A stretch of 64,000 bases of DNA from Desulfomonilia bacterium (GTDB lineage: Bacteria > Desulfobacterota > Desulfomonilia > UBA1062), in contig JBEKDT010000002.1 in NCBI GenBank assembly GCA_050014195.1, positions 32,001-96,000 on the forward strand, read 5' to 3'. Position 1 is the stretch's first letter. Each line of letters starts with the position of its first letter. A program made the position numbers and the translations under genes. The notes below the pieces were generated by a model. That model was given only the letters and a program-made list of their open reading frames with translations, was not told the origin of the DNA and ran no database searches. This document shows, in pieces, positions 9,670 to 19,008 of this stretch.

Positions 9670-10851
9670 TCAGATCTCCTTTCCCCAAATGGTGGCGATA
9701 TTGTTGAATCCCGATCCGCCGCCTGCGTTCTGGTAAACGTATTTACAGTTCTTTACCTGGCGCTCCCCTGCTTTTCCCATGAGCTGCCTGGCTGTCTCTA
9801 CGTAGGTGGCGGCACTGACACCCGATCCGGTATGCCCCCTGCCAGGAGCATCGCCTATGGTTGACCAGGGGATATCCCCGCCAAAAGACATGCGTCCTTC
9901 CAGGAAATACTTGCCTCCCTGACCCGGGGGGGCTACCTCGAGCAATTCGGCTATCAGCGGATGGGCCAGGGGATAGGCCAGGTAGCAGTTCCAGAGGCTG
10001 ACATCGTTTTTGGTTATGCCTGCCTGGGCCAGGGCTTCTTTGGCAGTGACACTGAAACCCTCCGCCACCTTGTTGAAATCCCGCATGACGCAGGTGCCGC
10101 TGAAGTAACGCACGGAATCGCCCAGTTTGTATGCAGCCGGGCGCTTCATTTTCTTGGCATCCTTGGCCGAGACCACAACCATTGCGCACCCGCCGTCGCC
10201 CAGCACGTTGCTCTCCCGCTTGTGCAGCGGCGTGTTGAGCAGATCGGAGGCCAGGACCTTCTCCACTGAAGGGACGTCCTTGCCGTAGAAGAATGAGTTC
10301 GGGTCCTTGGAAGCCCAACTTCTGAGCGCCGTAACCACCGAGGCCATCTGCTCGGGCGTGCAGCCCGAATCGTACATGTAACGATTGGCCATAAGCCCCA
10401 TGATGATGTTGTAGGTGGTGCCGTAGGGATATTCCCATTGGAGGTCCACCCCTGCCTTGGCAAAGAAGTTGATCTGGTCAACAAGAGGGATCGTTGAATG
10501 CAGCGTCACATGCTGGACAATGACGGCTTTGGCAACACCGCTCTCAATCCACTGCTCGGCGAGCCGCAGGCAGTTCGAGGTGGAGGCACCGCCTGCATTA
10601 CAACTGACCGCGTCCTTGCAGCCCTTGAGCCCGAGCTCTTCGGGGAGCTTGCCGAAAGAGAGCTCTGCCGCTATCTTCGACTGGGCCTGAGGGGTCACAG
10701 AGATGACGCCTTCGATATCATTCTTGTGCAGGCCCGAGTTCCTGACCGCTTCCATGCAGGTGTCATAAATGATGTCCCAGTGGGTACGCTCCGGCATGTT
10801 ACGGGTGGGGACCTCTCCAATACCGATTATAGCTATTTTGCCCTTGCTCAA
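9670..10851 (-). CDS. SCP2-type thiolase-fold protein (probably non-thiolytic, aldolase-like)
   Basis: IAIIGIGE, DGGCAMVV, QLMGKAGERQV. Nucleophile position reads NAGGAS. TTG start at 10851 after SD AGGAGG. Confidence 0.85.
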   Translation of the reverse strand: MSKGKIAIIGIGEVPTRNMPERTHWDIIYDTCMEAVRNSGLHKNDIEGVISVTPQAQSKIAAELSFGKLPEELGLKGCKDAVSCNAGGASTSNCLRLAEQWIESGVAKAVIVQHVTLHSTIPLVDQINFFAKAGVDLQWEYPYGTTYNIIMGLMANRYMYDSGCTPEQMASVVTALRSWASKDPNSFFYGKDVPSVEKVLASDLLNTPLHKRESNVLGDGGCAMVVVSAKDAKKMKRPAAYKLGDSVRYFSGTCVMRDFNKVAEGFSVTAKEALAQAGITKNDVSLWNCYLAYPLAHPLIAELLEVAPPGQGGKYFLEGRMSFGGDIPWSTIGDAPGRGHTGSGVSAATYVETARQLMGKAGERQVKNCKYVYQNAGGGSGFNNIATIWGKEI

Positions 10852-10896
10852 AGGAACACCTCCTGAATTTTCATCTTGCAAAAATGTTCATCACTG

Positions 10897-10931
10897 AAGT
10901 ATATGAACCGTACCGTACGGTTCATATACTT
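10897..10931. promoter_or_regulatory. Perfect 17-bp inverted repeat, probable operator of the catabolic operon
   Basis: AAGTATATGAACCGTAC-C-GTACGGTTCATATACTT, just downstream of a minus-strand TTGACA (10954-10959). Confidence 0.75.
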
Positions 10932-11203
10932 AAGTAACAGGGCAAAGGTTCTTTGTCAAGGGGTAAAAAGGCTCATGACAACATTGGCAAAGGAAGTTGT
11001 GATAAGTTGCCTAATAGAGAGGATAAACAAGGATTGCAAAGTCCGCACATTCCAGAGGGGATTTTTGAGCAAATATCCATTACTTTGATATGGCCCTGGA
11101 GGAAACAAGGATAGGATGAGAATAGATATCGGATATTCTTCCCTTGTAAGGCAAAAGGTGTCTATGCTTAATAAAAGGCTGAAAAAGAAGGATTTATGAT
11201 TAC

Positions 11204-12904
11204 ATGAAAAACCATCCAGAATACATGAAAATATCCGAGCTGAGCACACATTCGGGGATACCGGCAGCCACCATATGGTATTATACAAGGATGGGCCTTC
11301 TCCCAAGGCCGGTCAAGTACGGCAGGACAGTAACATATTATACTCCCATACACCTCGAACGACTCGAACAGATCCGTTCCTTCAAGCAAAAGGGACTATC
11401 GCTTGCCGCCATTTCAGATATTTTGAAAGATGAAAGTCTTGCTTCTTATGATGGGCTGAAATCCGACGCGGTATATGAGAGCAAGAAAGACATCATCATG
11501 CAGGCGGCGGTCGAGCTCTTCCGTGAGAAGGGTTATAACTCTACAACCATACGTGACATTGCAGTCAGGGCCGGGATTGGCAAGATTACATTTTACCAGT
11601 ACTTCAAAGACAAGAGAGAACTCTTTCTCGAGTGCGCTGACCATGTCTTCTACGACATCGGTAAAGACGACCCTTCCATCAGGGATGAACTGGATGGCCT
11701 GAAGCGCCTCTGGAACCGGGGCTACTCTTTCTTCCATAATAACCTTCACATGATTGACATGCTCAATCTGGCCCGGGGGGTTTCGGTGAACCGGGAAAGC
11801 CGGTTCGAGCAGATGCTCGAAAAGGTCATGGAGAACCTCATAAACCCCATCGAGGCGGATCTCCTCATGGCAAGCAGGCAGGGTCAAATCCATTTCAATG
11901 ATATCCGAGTGCTCGCTCACTTCTTCATGGGCGGTGTTGAGTACTGCTCCTATTATATACAGAACCATCTGGACAATAATGTAGATGATTTTCTTGCGAA
12001 AGCCTGGGTTATGGTCCTGCATGCCCTTTCATCAGGTCAAGGCTTGAAAGTGACAGGGGGAGCCGAGTCATATGGAAATCTTATCAAGATGTCTGAGCTT
12101 TCGAGGAAATCCGGGATTCCCACTTCGAAGATACGGCACTACATCCAGGAGGGTCTACTACCTCCTTCCATTAAAACCGGTAAAGCCAGGGAATACTACA
12201 CGGAGATCCATCTTGAACTCCTAGAATTAATCAGGAAGAAACAGGGCATGAAAAGCGAGTCATCGAGTACGATCAACGAGGAGATACAACGTAAGGGTCC
12301 TATGCATGAGTCGAGTACAGACCATTCGAACAAACCCTCGGGCAAGCGTGAAGAGATCTTGTCAGCCGCCACAGAACTGTTCCTCAAGAAGGGTTATGCG
12401 GACATGAGCATTTCTGAGCTTGCACGCCACGCGCACATGAGCAAGGAAACCATATACCTGAATTTCCGGAGCAAGGAAGAGCTCTTCATGGCCTGTGCAG
12501 ACAGGATATTTCACGGCCTGTACGAAACCGTTTGGACCGAGATCAAAGGGGAGAAGGACATGGCACAAAGGATTTCCATACGGGGGAAGGCCTTCTTTTC
12601 CTCTTTCTCCAGGTGGATCGATATGATGAACCTTGTGAGGAGCCTTTCGGTTGGTGACAACCCTTCCTTCAAGGAAAAGTTCAGACAGCTCTTATGGCAG
12701 ATGGTGGAACCCATGATCCGGGAGTTAGAGCACCTGAAGCAGAAAGGCCTCGTCCGTAGAGAAGTCGACAATACCCTAGTGGCATATATACTCATGGGTT
12801 TGGCAGAATACGGCGCGAAGCTTTCCCTTCATGAAGGCCGTAGCGCCGAAGAAATGTTGTCTTATATAGCTATTCTCCTCGAAAAGGGTATAGGACACGC
12901 TTGA
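11204..12904 (+). CDS. Transcriptional regulator with tandem [MerR-HTH + TetR] units
   Basis: MKISELS..SGIPAATIWYYTRMGLLP plus AAVELFREKGY..AGIGKITFYQYF, then KMSELSRKSGIPTSKIRHYIQEGLLP plus AATELFLKKGY..SKETIYLNF. Confidence 0.88.
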   Translation: MKNHPEYMKISELSTHSGIPAATIWYYTRMGLLPRPVKYGRTVTYYTPIHLERLEQIRSFKQKGLSLAAISDILKDESLASYDGLKSDAVYESKKDIIMQAAVELFREKGYNSTTIRDIAVRAGIGKITFYQYFKDKRELFLECADHVFYDIGKDDPSIRDELDGLKRLWNRGYSFFHNNLHMIDMLNLARGVSVNRESRFEQMLEKVMENLINPIEADLLMASRQGQIHFNDIRVLAHFFMGGVEYCSYYIQNHLDNNVDDFLAKAWVMVLHALSSGQGLKVTGGAESYGNLIKMSELSRKSGIPTSKIRHYIQEGLLPPSIKTGKAREYYTEIHLELLELIRKKQGMKSESSSTINEEIQRKGPMHESSTDHSNKPSGKREEILSAATELFLKKGYADMSISELARHAHMSKETIYLNFRSKEELFMACADRIFHGLYETVWTEIKGEKDMAQRISIRGKAFFSSFSRWIDMMNLVRSLSVGDNPSFKEKFRQLLWQMVEPMIRELEHLKQKGLVRREVDNTLVAYILMGLAEYGAKLSLHEGRSAEEMLSYIAILLEKGIGHA

Positions 12905-13153
12905 TCTTCCATCGCCTATAAAGCAGCGAGTATAAATGTTTTGATTTCTGTAATAAATAGAAGCTTTCATACCGGGCTGAAAAGTTAAGATTCTCGAATG
13001 CTAGCTACACTCAAAAGCAAACTATATCAGAATCCACATAGTGGCACGAAGTATTTACTTCCTATTCAATGCGGAAGAAGATGTAAGATCTTATTTGAGC
13101 TTGTATTCCTTATCTGCGGGATCAGACTGCAGCTAATATATATAAAAAGATCT

Positions 13154-13426
13154 CTACAATATCAGTACAAAGGCCTGGCGGTTTACCAGTGCCTGGTAGA
13201 TCTTGGTCCGGTCTTGTTCATTCATTACCATGATGTCTAAGTTCATGCTGTGGTACTTCTTGTGTCTGCTGCTGCGTGAGGGGGTTAAGGTGTAATCAGA
13301 GCCGGTGATGGTCCGGACGACGGCCTCGCGCATTTTTTCCTGATCCGTGCCGAAAAGCTTGTAGACCCATCTGCAAGGATAGTGTATCTCCGGCTTTCCC
13401 TTTAAATAGGTAAACATAGTTTCCAT
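13154..13426 (-). CDS. DUF493/YbeD-like small ACT-fold protein
   Basis: KPEIHYPCRWVYKLFG and SRSSRHKKYHSM pattern. Confidence 0.75.
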   Translation of the reverse strand: METMFTYLKGKPEIHYPCRWVYKLFGTDQEKMREAVVRTITGSDYTLTPSRSSRHKKYHSMNLDIMVMNEQDRTKIYQALVNRQAFVLIL

Positions 13427-13472
13427 TATTTAGCAGCAGGGAGTACCTGGGGCAACGATATTTATAAAGCAA

Positions 13473-15491
13473 TCATTTCTGATACATCTTCTCAATCCTG
13501 TCCTTGTACTTTTCCAGAACCACCTTTCTCTTCACCTTCATGGTGGGTGTCAGTTCACCGGTCTCTTCACTGAAGGGGGCGTCCAGCAAAGCGAAATAAT
13601 TGACCTGTTGGTAATGCGCCAAGGTAGCATTCACCGCATCCACCTCAGTCTGAATGAGGGAGCGGATCTTATCATTACTCACAAGGTTGCTGTTGTCCGT
13701 AAAGCCGATCCCGTTCTTCTTTGCATAGTGCGACAGGCTTTTAAAGTCAGGGACAATGAGGGCGGTGAGATATTTCCTGCCGTCACCCACAAGGCAGACC
13801 TGTTCGATATATGACCTTGCCTGCAGGGCAACCTCGATAGGATGCGGCGCAATGTTCTTGCCGCCCGAGTTCACAAACAGGTCTTTTTTTCGGTCCGTGA
13901 TGATGAGAAAGCCTTCTTCATCAAAGCGACCGATATCGCCGGTCCTGAACCAACCATCCTCAGTGATGGCTGCCCGTGTGGCGTCTTCCATGTTCCAGTA
14001 TCCCTTAAAGACCTGGGGCCCTCTCACCAGGATCTCGCCGTCTTCGTCGATCTTCTCTTCCGTCCAGGCCACGGGTCTGCCCACAGTGCCGGGCTTCACC
14101 CTGAGCTTATAGAGTATGGTGGAGTAGCAGAATCCGAGCTTGGCGGCAGAGATGGGGTTTGCATAGGGGGAGATCCCTTGAGCCTGTTTGACCACCATGA
14201 GATCCAGAACCGTATCCATGACCTTGTCGAAAAACCACTGATAAAGTTTCCCATGTTTCCCGGAATCAATGATCTCCGGTTCATTGAAATTGATCACCGG
14301 GCTGGTCTCTGTGAGTCCATATCCTTCGTTTAATTGGATATTCAGAGACCTGAAAAATACACACACCTCTTTTGAGAGTTTGCCCCCGCCGGAGAGAGCC
14401 ATAACGAGCCTGTCCATGCCCATCATCTTTTTCATGCGGTCGAACACGAGCATGTTGGCTATCCCGAACCCTGTAAGATCTAACTGGGATATCCTTTTTC
14501 CTGTTGCCATGGCATCGGTGTAGATCTCACCCTTCCTGAGGGCCCATTTGAACAGCTTTTGATAGACCTGCTTCTGCTTGGCTATAACCGCATTGATGGT
14601 CTCATAGGTCTTCTCGTAAAACATGGGGATGGAAGTAATGACGTTCGGCCTGACCTCCAGCAGGTTCTGTGCTATGGCACGGTAACTCTCTGCAAAGGCA
14701 AGGGTGCCTCCAAGGTAAAGGCCTATCACATGGTAATCACCCGAGCGTCCATATACATGGCACAAGGGCAGGTGCACCAAGGCCGTAAGTTTGGCATCCT
14801 TCTTTTTCATACGCACCATAAGCTCGGAACGGGAGGCTTGATGAATGTTTGTCACGAAATTGGATTGTGTCAGCACGACCCCCTTCGATCTCCCGGTAGT
14901 GCCCGATGTGTAGATGATGGCGGCTATTGTATCGGGTGTGACGGATCGGATGCGTGCCTCGATCTCATCTTCCGATACAGATACTCTGCCCTTTTGTACG
15001 ACATCGGCAAAGGTGTAGACATCTTTCTGAGGTCCGCCATCAAAGGACTCCATGATGATGACCGGCAATGCCTTAAGCTCTTTCAATTCATTCTTGAGAC
15101 GGGTGATCTCCTCGGCTTTGGCAAGACTCGAGGTTATGACCATTTTCGAATCGCTGTCTTGAATCATGTAGGAGAGATCTTCCCTGCTCAAGGTAGGATA
15201 GAGCGGTACCCCTGTCGCACCGCACGCCTGGATGGCCTGGTCAGCTATAACCCATTCCGGTCTGCTTTCGGCAAAGAGTACACACCGGTCACCTTTATTC
15301 AGTCCCAGTGCGGCAAGCCCCCTGGCAAGGTCCAGGACCTGTCTCCTCGCTTGTCTCCAGGTTATTTTCCGATAGTTCGGAATAGGCTTTCCATAGTCAT
15401 CATATTTTCCCATCAAAAAAATATGATCTTCACCGTACCGGAGCGCCTGGTTATGAAAAAGCCCGCAAAGAGTATCATACCGGTATGACAT
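13473..15491 (-). CDS. Long-chain fatty acid-CoA ligase (FadD15/ACSL-like)
   Basis: YTSGTTGRSKG, LPLCHVY, EGYGLTETSP, GWFRTGDIG, SGGKNIAP, ELTPTMKVKR. SD GGAGG. Confidence 0.92.
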   Translation of the reverse strand: MSYRYDTLCGLFHNQALRYGEDHIFLMGKYDDYGKPIPNYRKITWRQARRQVLDLARGLAALGLNKGDRCVLFAESRPEWVIADQAIQACGATGVPLYPTLSREDLSYMIQDSDSKMVITSSLAKAEEITRLKNELKELKALPVIIMESFDGGPQKDVYTFADVVQKGRVSVSEDEIEARIRSVTPDTIAAIIYTSGTTGRSKGVVLTQSNFVTNIHQASRSELMVRMKKKDAKLTALVHLPLCHVYGRSGDYHVIGLYLGGTLAFAESYRAIAQNLLEVRPNVITSIPMFYEKTYETINAVIAKQKQVYQKLFKWALRKGEIYTDAMATGKRISQLDLTGFGIANMLVFDRMKKMMGMDRLVMALSGGGKLSKEVCVFFRSLNIQLNEGYGLTETSPVINFNEPEIIDSGKHGKLYQWFFDKVMDTVLDLMVVKQAQGISPYANPISAAKLGFCYSTILYKLRVKPGTVGRPVAWTEEKIDEDGEILVRGPQVFKGYWNMEDATRAAITEDGWFRTGDIGRFDEEGFLIITDRKKDLFVNSGGKNIAPHPIEVALQARSYIEQVCLVGDGRKYLTALIVPDFKSLSHYAKKNGIGFTDNSNLVSNDKIRSLIQTEVDAVNATLAHYQQVNYFALLDAPFSEETGELTPTMKVKRKVVLEKYKDRIEKMYQK

Positions 15492-15863
15492 AGAATCCTC
15501 CATGAAATAGGGTTTTGTGTGGATCGCATAACTTTAGGACCGGGCACATCATGTCTAAAAAGCATTCAAAATCATTCCCGCCTCGGTATAGCGCCTTTGT
15601 GAAGATATGAAACGAGATAAACACTCTTCCATGAAGGAGCACAGCCCATTGAGCTCAACTCCTTATTGTAGTCAAACTCTATGAAATTGCAATGGGAAGT
15701 ATGAAAAGAGAGAATCCGATTCATAGGAATAAATTAAATTTACGTATCCGGCAAAGATGCATGAAGTGCTGATCTCCCTGTGATCACAAGTGATTTTCTC
15801 CTTGAGATCGTCCATGAAATGGCTGTATGATAGCGTGTATACAAGAGGACGAGGAGGTGTATT

Positions 15864-16124
15864 ATGGCGGGTGAGAAAAAACTGATCGGGAAGGTTACCC
15901 ACTTCTTCAGCAAGATCAGCGTAGCCGGCATCGAGCTCAGCGAAACTCTCAAGGTGGGAGACAAGATATCCATCGAGGGCGCCACCACGAACTTCGAAGA
16001 AAACATTGAATCCATGCAGATCGACAATAAGGTCGTGCCTGAGGCCAAGGCAGGCGATCTCATCGGCATCAAGGTGAAGGATAAGACCAGGGTCGGTGAC
16101 GACGTCTATCTCATCATAGGATGA
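15864..16124 (+). CDS. Stand-alone translation-factor-type beta-barrel protein (EF-Tu domain II / U32 C-terminal-like)
   Basis: IGKVTHFFSKISVA..LKVGDKI..IESMQID..EAKAGDLIGIKV. SD GAGGAGG. Confidence 0.75.
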   Translation: MAGEKKLIGKVTHFFSKISVAGIELSETLKVGDKISIEGATTNFEENIESMQIDNKVVPEAKAGDLIGIKVKDKTRVGDDVYLIIG

Positions 16125-16149
16125 CCTGAGCCGGAATTTTCTTGGTTCT

Positions 16150-17613
16150 TCATTTCCTCACACCCAGGATCCTTTCCACCTCGACATTCACCCTTACCGT
16201 AGGTACCTGGTTATTTCGGAACCGCACTTTGTTTGGATATACAAGTCTTGCATTTATTGTCTGTGCCGTGGTGATCCCCGAGATATCTATGGGCTCGGTG
16301 CTTATGAATATCTTGTTGCCGGGAAGTGAGAAGGGGGCAAGCACCCACACGGATTGAGGTTCGATATTGATCTTCTTCAGAGAATATCCGTTCGGCAGGT
16401 GGCCTAAAGTATCGATTGAGATGCGGACTTCCCTCGGATAGAGCCGGTGGGCAACAATTGCAATCTTCTCCGGTTTTATCTTCATCAGTGTCAGGTTTGA
16501 CGGGATGTTTACCATGTCGGCAGAGAGCTTGATGACCTGCCTGCCTTCAATAATCGTAGAGAGATCGATGGATATCTTGAGTGTCCTGGGTTCAAAGAGC
16601 CTGAAGGCCTGGGAAGAGCCCATGAGGGTAATGGTCGCTTCCGTCTCCCTGGATTCCTCGATCTCCCACTCCTGGGAGATCTTGCGGTATTCTATGGGGA
16701 TGGTATAATCACGCTGCACGGATTCCTTCTGGTACCCGAATACAAACCATAGTCCCAAGGCCAGTACAAGCGCCAGTCCTTTCTCCAGTGTATTCTTCCT
16801 GAACCACTGGCCCGAGAGGATCTTTGCTTTTTGTGGCATCTTAGCCTGGTAAAACTTCTCGACAAAGGAACGAAGCTCGGCGGCATTCTTCAGGGACTTT
16901 ATCTCACCGTTTAGCGCAACAGTTATTGTCCCTCTCTCCTCGGAGATGACGATACACAGGGCATCGGATCGTTCGGAAAGTCCTAAGGCTGCAGTGTGCC
17001 GCAGGCCGAATTCTCCAAGTTTATCCGTGCATGTTGACAGGGGAAGATGGCACCCGAACTTCAACAGTCTCTTATCGCTGATGATGACGGCACCGTCATG
17101 GCCGATGGAATGGATATCAAAAATACTCGCCAGCAAGGGCTTCGTGACCAATCCGTCGAGCTGGTATCCACCTGTTATCTGCCGTTCGAGAGGGTCATGG
17201 CCCTGTAATATAATCAATGCCCCAACTTTCTTTGAGGAAAATTCCGCCGCACTCTCGGCGATGGCAGAGATTGTGTTTTCATCCACCAGATCGCCCTTTT
17301 TGTGGTTCTTGCCCATGGATCTCAACATGGCAAGCCGCTCGAAGAATCTTCGAATATCCTCCTGGAAGATAACCACCAGCGCAATAATAAGGATGGTGAA
17401 AAAACTCTGTAGGATGAGGGTGGTGAGATAGAGGTTGAACAGACGAGCGAGGATGTAAACACCGCCAAGCAGGCTGATCCCCACAAATACGAGCTGTGAG
17501 GCCGTATTCTTGAACCAGATGAGGATGACATAGATGAGTGAGAAGATGATGAAGATATCGAAAAAGTCCTGCGGCCGGAAGCTTTCAAAAAAGGAAAAGA
17601 TGACATCACTCAT
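16150..17613 (-). CDS. cdaA: Diadenylate cyclase CdaA fused to YbbR (CdaR) domains
   Basis: Three N-terminal TM helices, IFQEDIRR, HDGAVII, GLRHTAALGLSERSDA, SEERG, then a TM helix and YbbR-like repeats (IKPEKI, IEPQSV, TEPIDISG). Confidence 0.85.
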   Translation of the reverse strand: MSDVIFSFFESFRPQDFFDIFIIFSLIYVILIWFKNTASQLVFVGISLLGGVYILARLFNLYLTTLILQSFFTILIIALVVIFQEDIRRFFERLAMLRSMGKNHKKGDLVDENTISAIAESAAEFSSKKVGALIILQGHDPLERQITGGYQLDGLVTKPLLASIFDIHSIGHDGAVIISDKRLLKFGCHLPLSTCTDKLGEFGLRHTAALGLSERSDALCIVISEERGTITVALNGEIKSLKNAAELRSFVEKFYQAKMPQKAKILSGQWFRKNTLEKGLALVLALGLWFVFGYQKESVQRDYTIPIEYRKISQEWEIEESRETEATITLMGSSQAFRLFEPRTLKISIDLSTIIEGRQVIKLSADMVNIPSNLTLMKIKPEKIAIVAHRLYPREVRISIDTLGHLPNGYSLKKINIEPQSVWVLAPFSLPGNKIFISTEPIDISGITTAQTINARLVYPNKVRFRNNQVPTVRVNVEVERILGVRK

Positions 17614-17792
17614 ATATGCCTCATCATCCCATATAAATCCACAAATCACCTATGGGCATGGAAAATCCGTCAATAAAAGAACATTACTGTGCGTAATATC
17701 GCGATTAGGATTATGTTGCAAGGGGGATAAGTCAGGACTACTGCTTCTTTCAATTCCGGCTACTGAATCCTGACTCCTTGAATACTACTTTT

Positions 17793-19004
17793 TCAAAACC
17801 GTATAGCCGTTTTAATCGCCTTGTTCTTTCCCTTGTTCATGTTGACCTCAATGAGCTCCTTATACTGCTCGATGGCGAACGTATGCGTGAGCATGTCCTC
17901 AAGGTGTATTTTTTTGTTCTGCATGAGTTCAAGTGCGATATCAAAGGCATGCTTCCTGCCGCTGAGAGTATCATTATAACCATGGCCGTAACAGCCCTTG
18001 ATGGTCTGGAGCTTCAGCCACAGGGGGGTGGGATCAAAGGTCACCTTGTTGCCGATGCCCACCAGGCTTATTGTACCGCAGCCGGCCGTTACGATGAGGG
18101 CCATCTGCAGGGTGGGCGAATGGCCTACCGTATCAAATACCTTGTCAAAACCGCCCTGAACAATGCGCTCGCCCAGCATGGGCTTGTAGGCCTTTGCACC
18201 GGTGATTTTCTCGGCAGCCTCGATGATCCCGCCGTCAATCACATGATTGGCCCCTGCTCTCCTTACGTATTCGGCATTGAAGACCGAGGGCTCCACAACC
18301 GTGATAGTGCATCCGATACCAAGGCCCCGGATGGCCTTGACGATCATAGCCCCGATCACCCCTCCGCCGATGATAAGGACTCTGTCACTATCTTTTGGCT
18401 TATTGTCCAGCACCGCCTGAAGTCCCACGGCCAGAGGTTCGGTGAGTGCCGCCGATTCCGGAGTGACACCCTCAGGTATTTTATAGACCTGGCTCTTGTG
18501 CACCACCATATACTCGGCAAAGCCGCCTCCGATGTCCTTGCAGATTCCGGTGAACATTCCTGGAGAAAAGCCGCCTTCAGCAAGCTTCTCGCAATTGCCT
18601 GGCCGGCCTGCAGCACAGACCGGGCATTCAGGGGTAATCCCACGGGCTGCACAACTCAAGCTGGGATTGATGGTCACCAGATCACCAATAACACAATTCT
18701 TTACCGAGCTGCCTGCCTCCACCACCTCACCGCATACCTCGTGCCCGAAGATGCAAGGGAATGAGGTGAAAGGCGATGCCATGGGCGAATCCTTCACCAT
18801 AACGAGGTTCAGGTCGCTCCCGCAGAAGCCGCACAGACGTGTCTTCACCTTCATCCATTCCTGATTGGGCAATGTGGGCTCCGGTACATCTGCAAGCCTC
18901 ACCGTGGAGAAGGGTCCATCATAATAGAATTTCTTATTCAAGCGCCCCATAAATTGGAGCACCAGATAGTTGGGAACCGTAATATTAAATAACAGGGCTT
19001 TCAT
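17793..19004 (-). CDS. Zn-dependent medium-chain alcohol dehydrogenase
   Basis: GFCGSD, GHEVCG, structural Cys cluster, EPLAVG, GGGVIG. Confidence 0.9.
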   Translation of the reverse strand: MKALLFNITVPNYLVLQFMGRLNKKFYYDGPFSTVRLADVPEPTLPNQEWMKVKTRLCGFCGSDLNLVMVKDSPMASPFTSFPCIFGHEVCGEVVEAGSSVKNCVIGDLVTINPSLSCAARGITPECPVCAAGRPGNCEKLAEGGFSPGMFTGICKDIGGGFAEYMVVHKSQVYKIPEGVTPESAALTEPLAVGLQAVLDNKPKDSDRVLIIGGGVIGAMIVKAIRGLGIGCTITVVEPSVFNAEYVRRAGANHVIDGGIIEAAEKITGAKAYKPMLGERIVQGGFDKVFDTVGHSPTLQMALIVTAGCGTISLVGIGNKVTFDPTPLWLKLQTIKGCYGHGYNDTLSGRKHAFDIALELMQNKKIHLEDMLTHTFAIEQYKELIEVNMNKGKNKAIKTAIRF

Positions 19005-19008
19005 AGCA

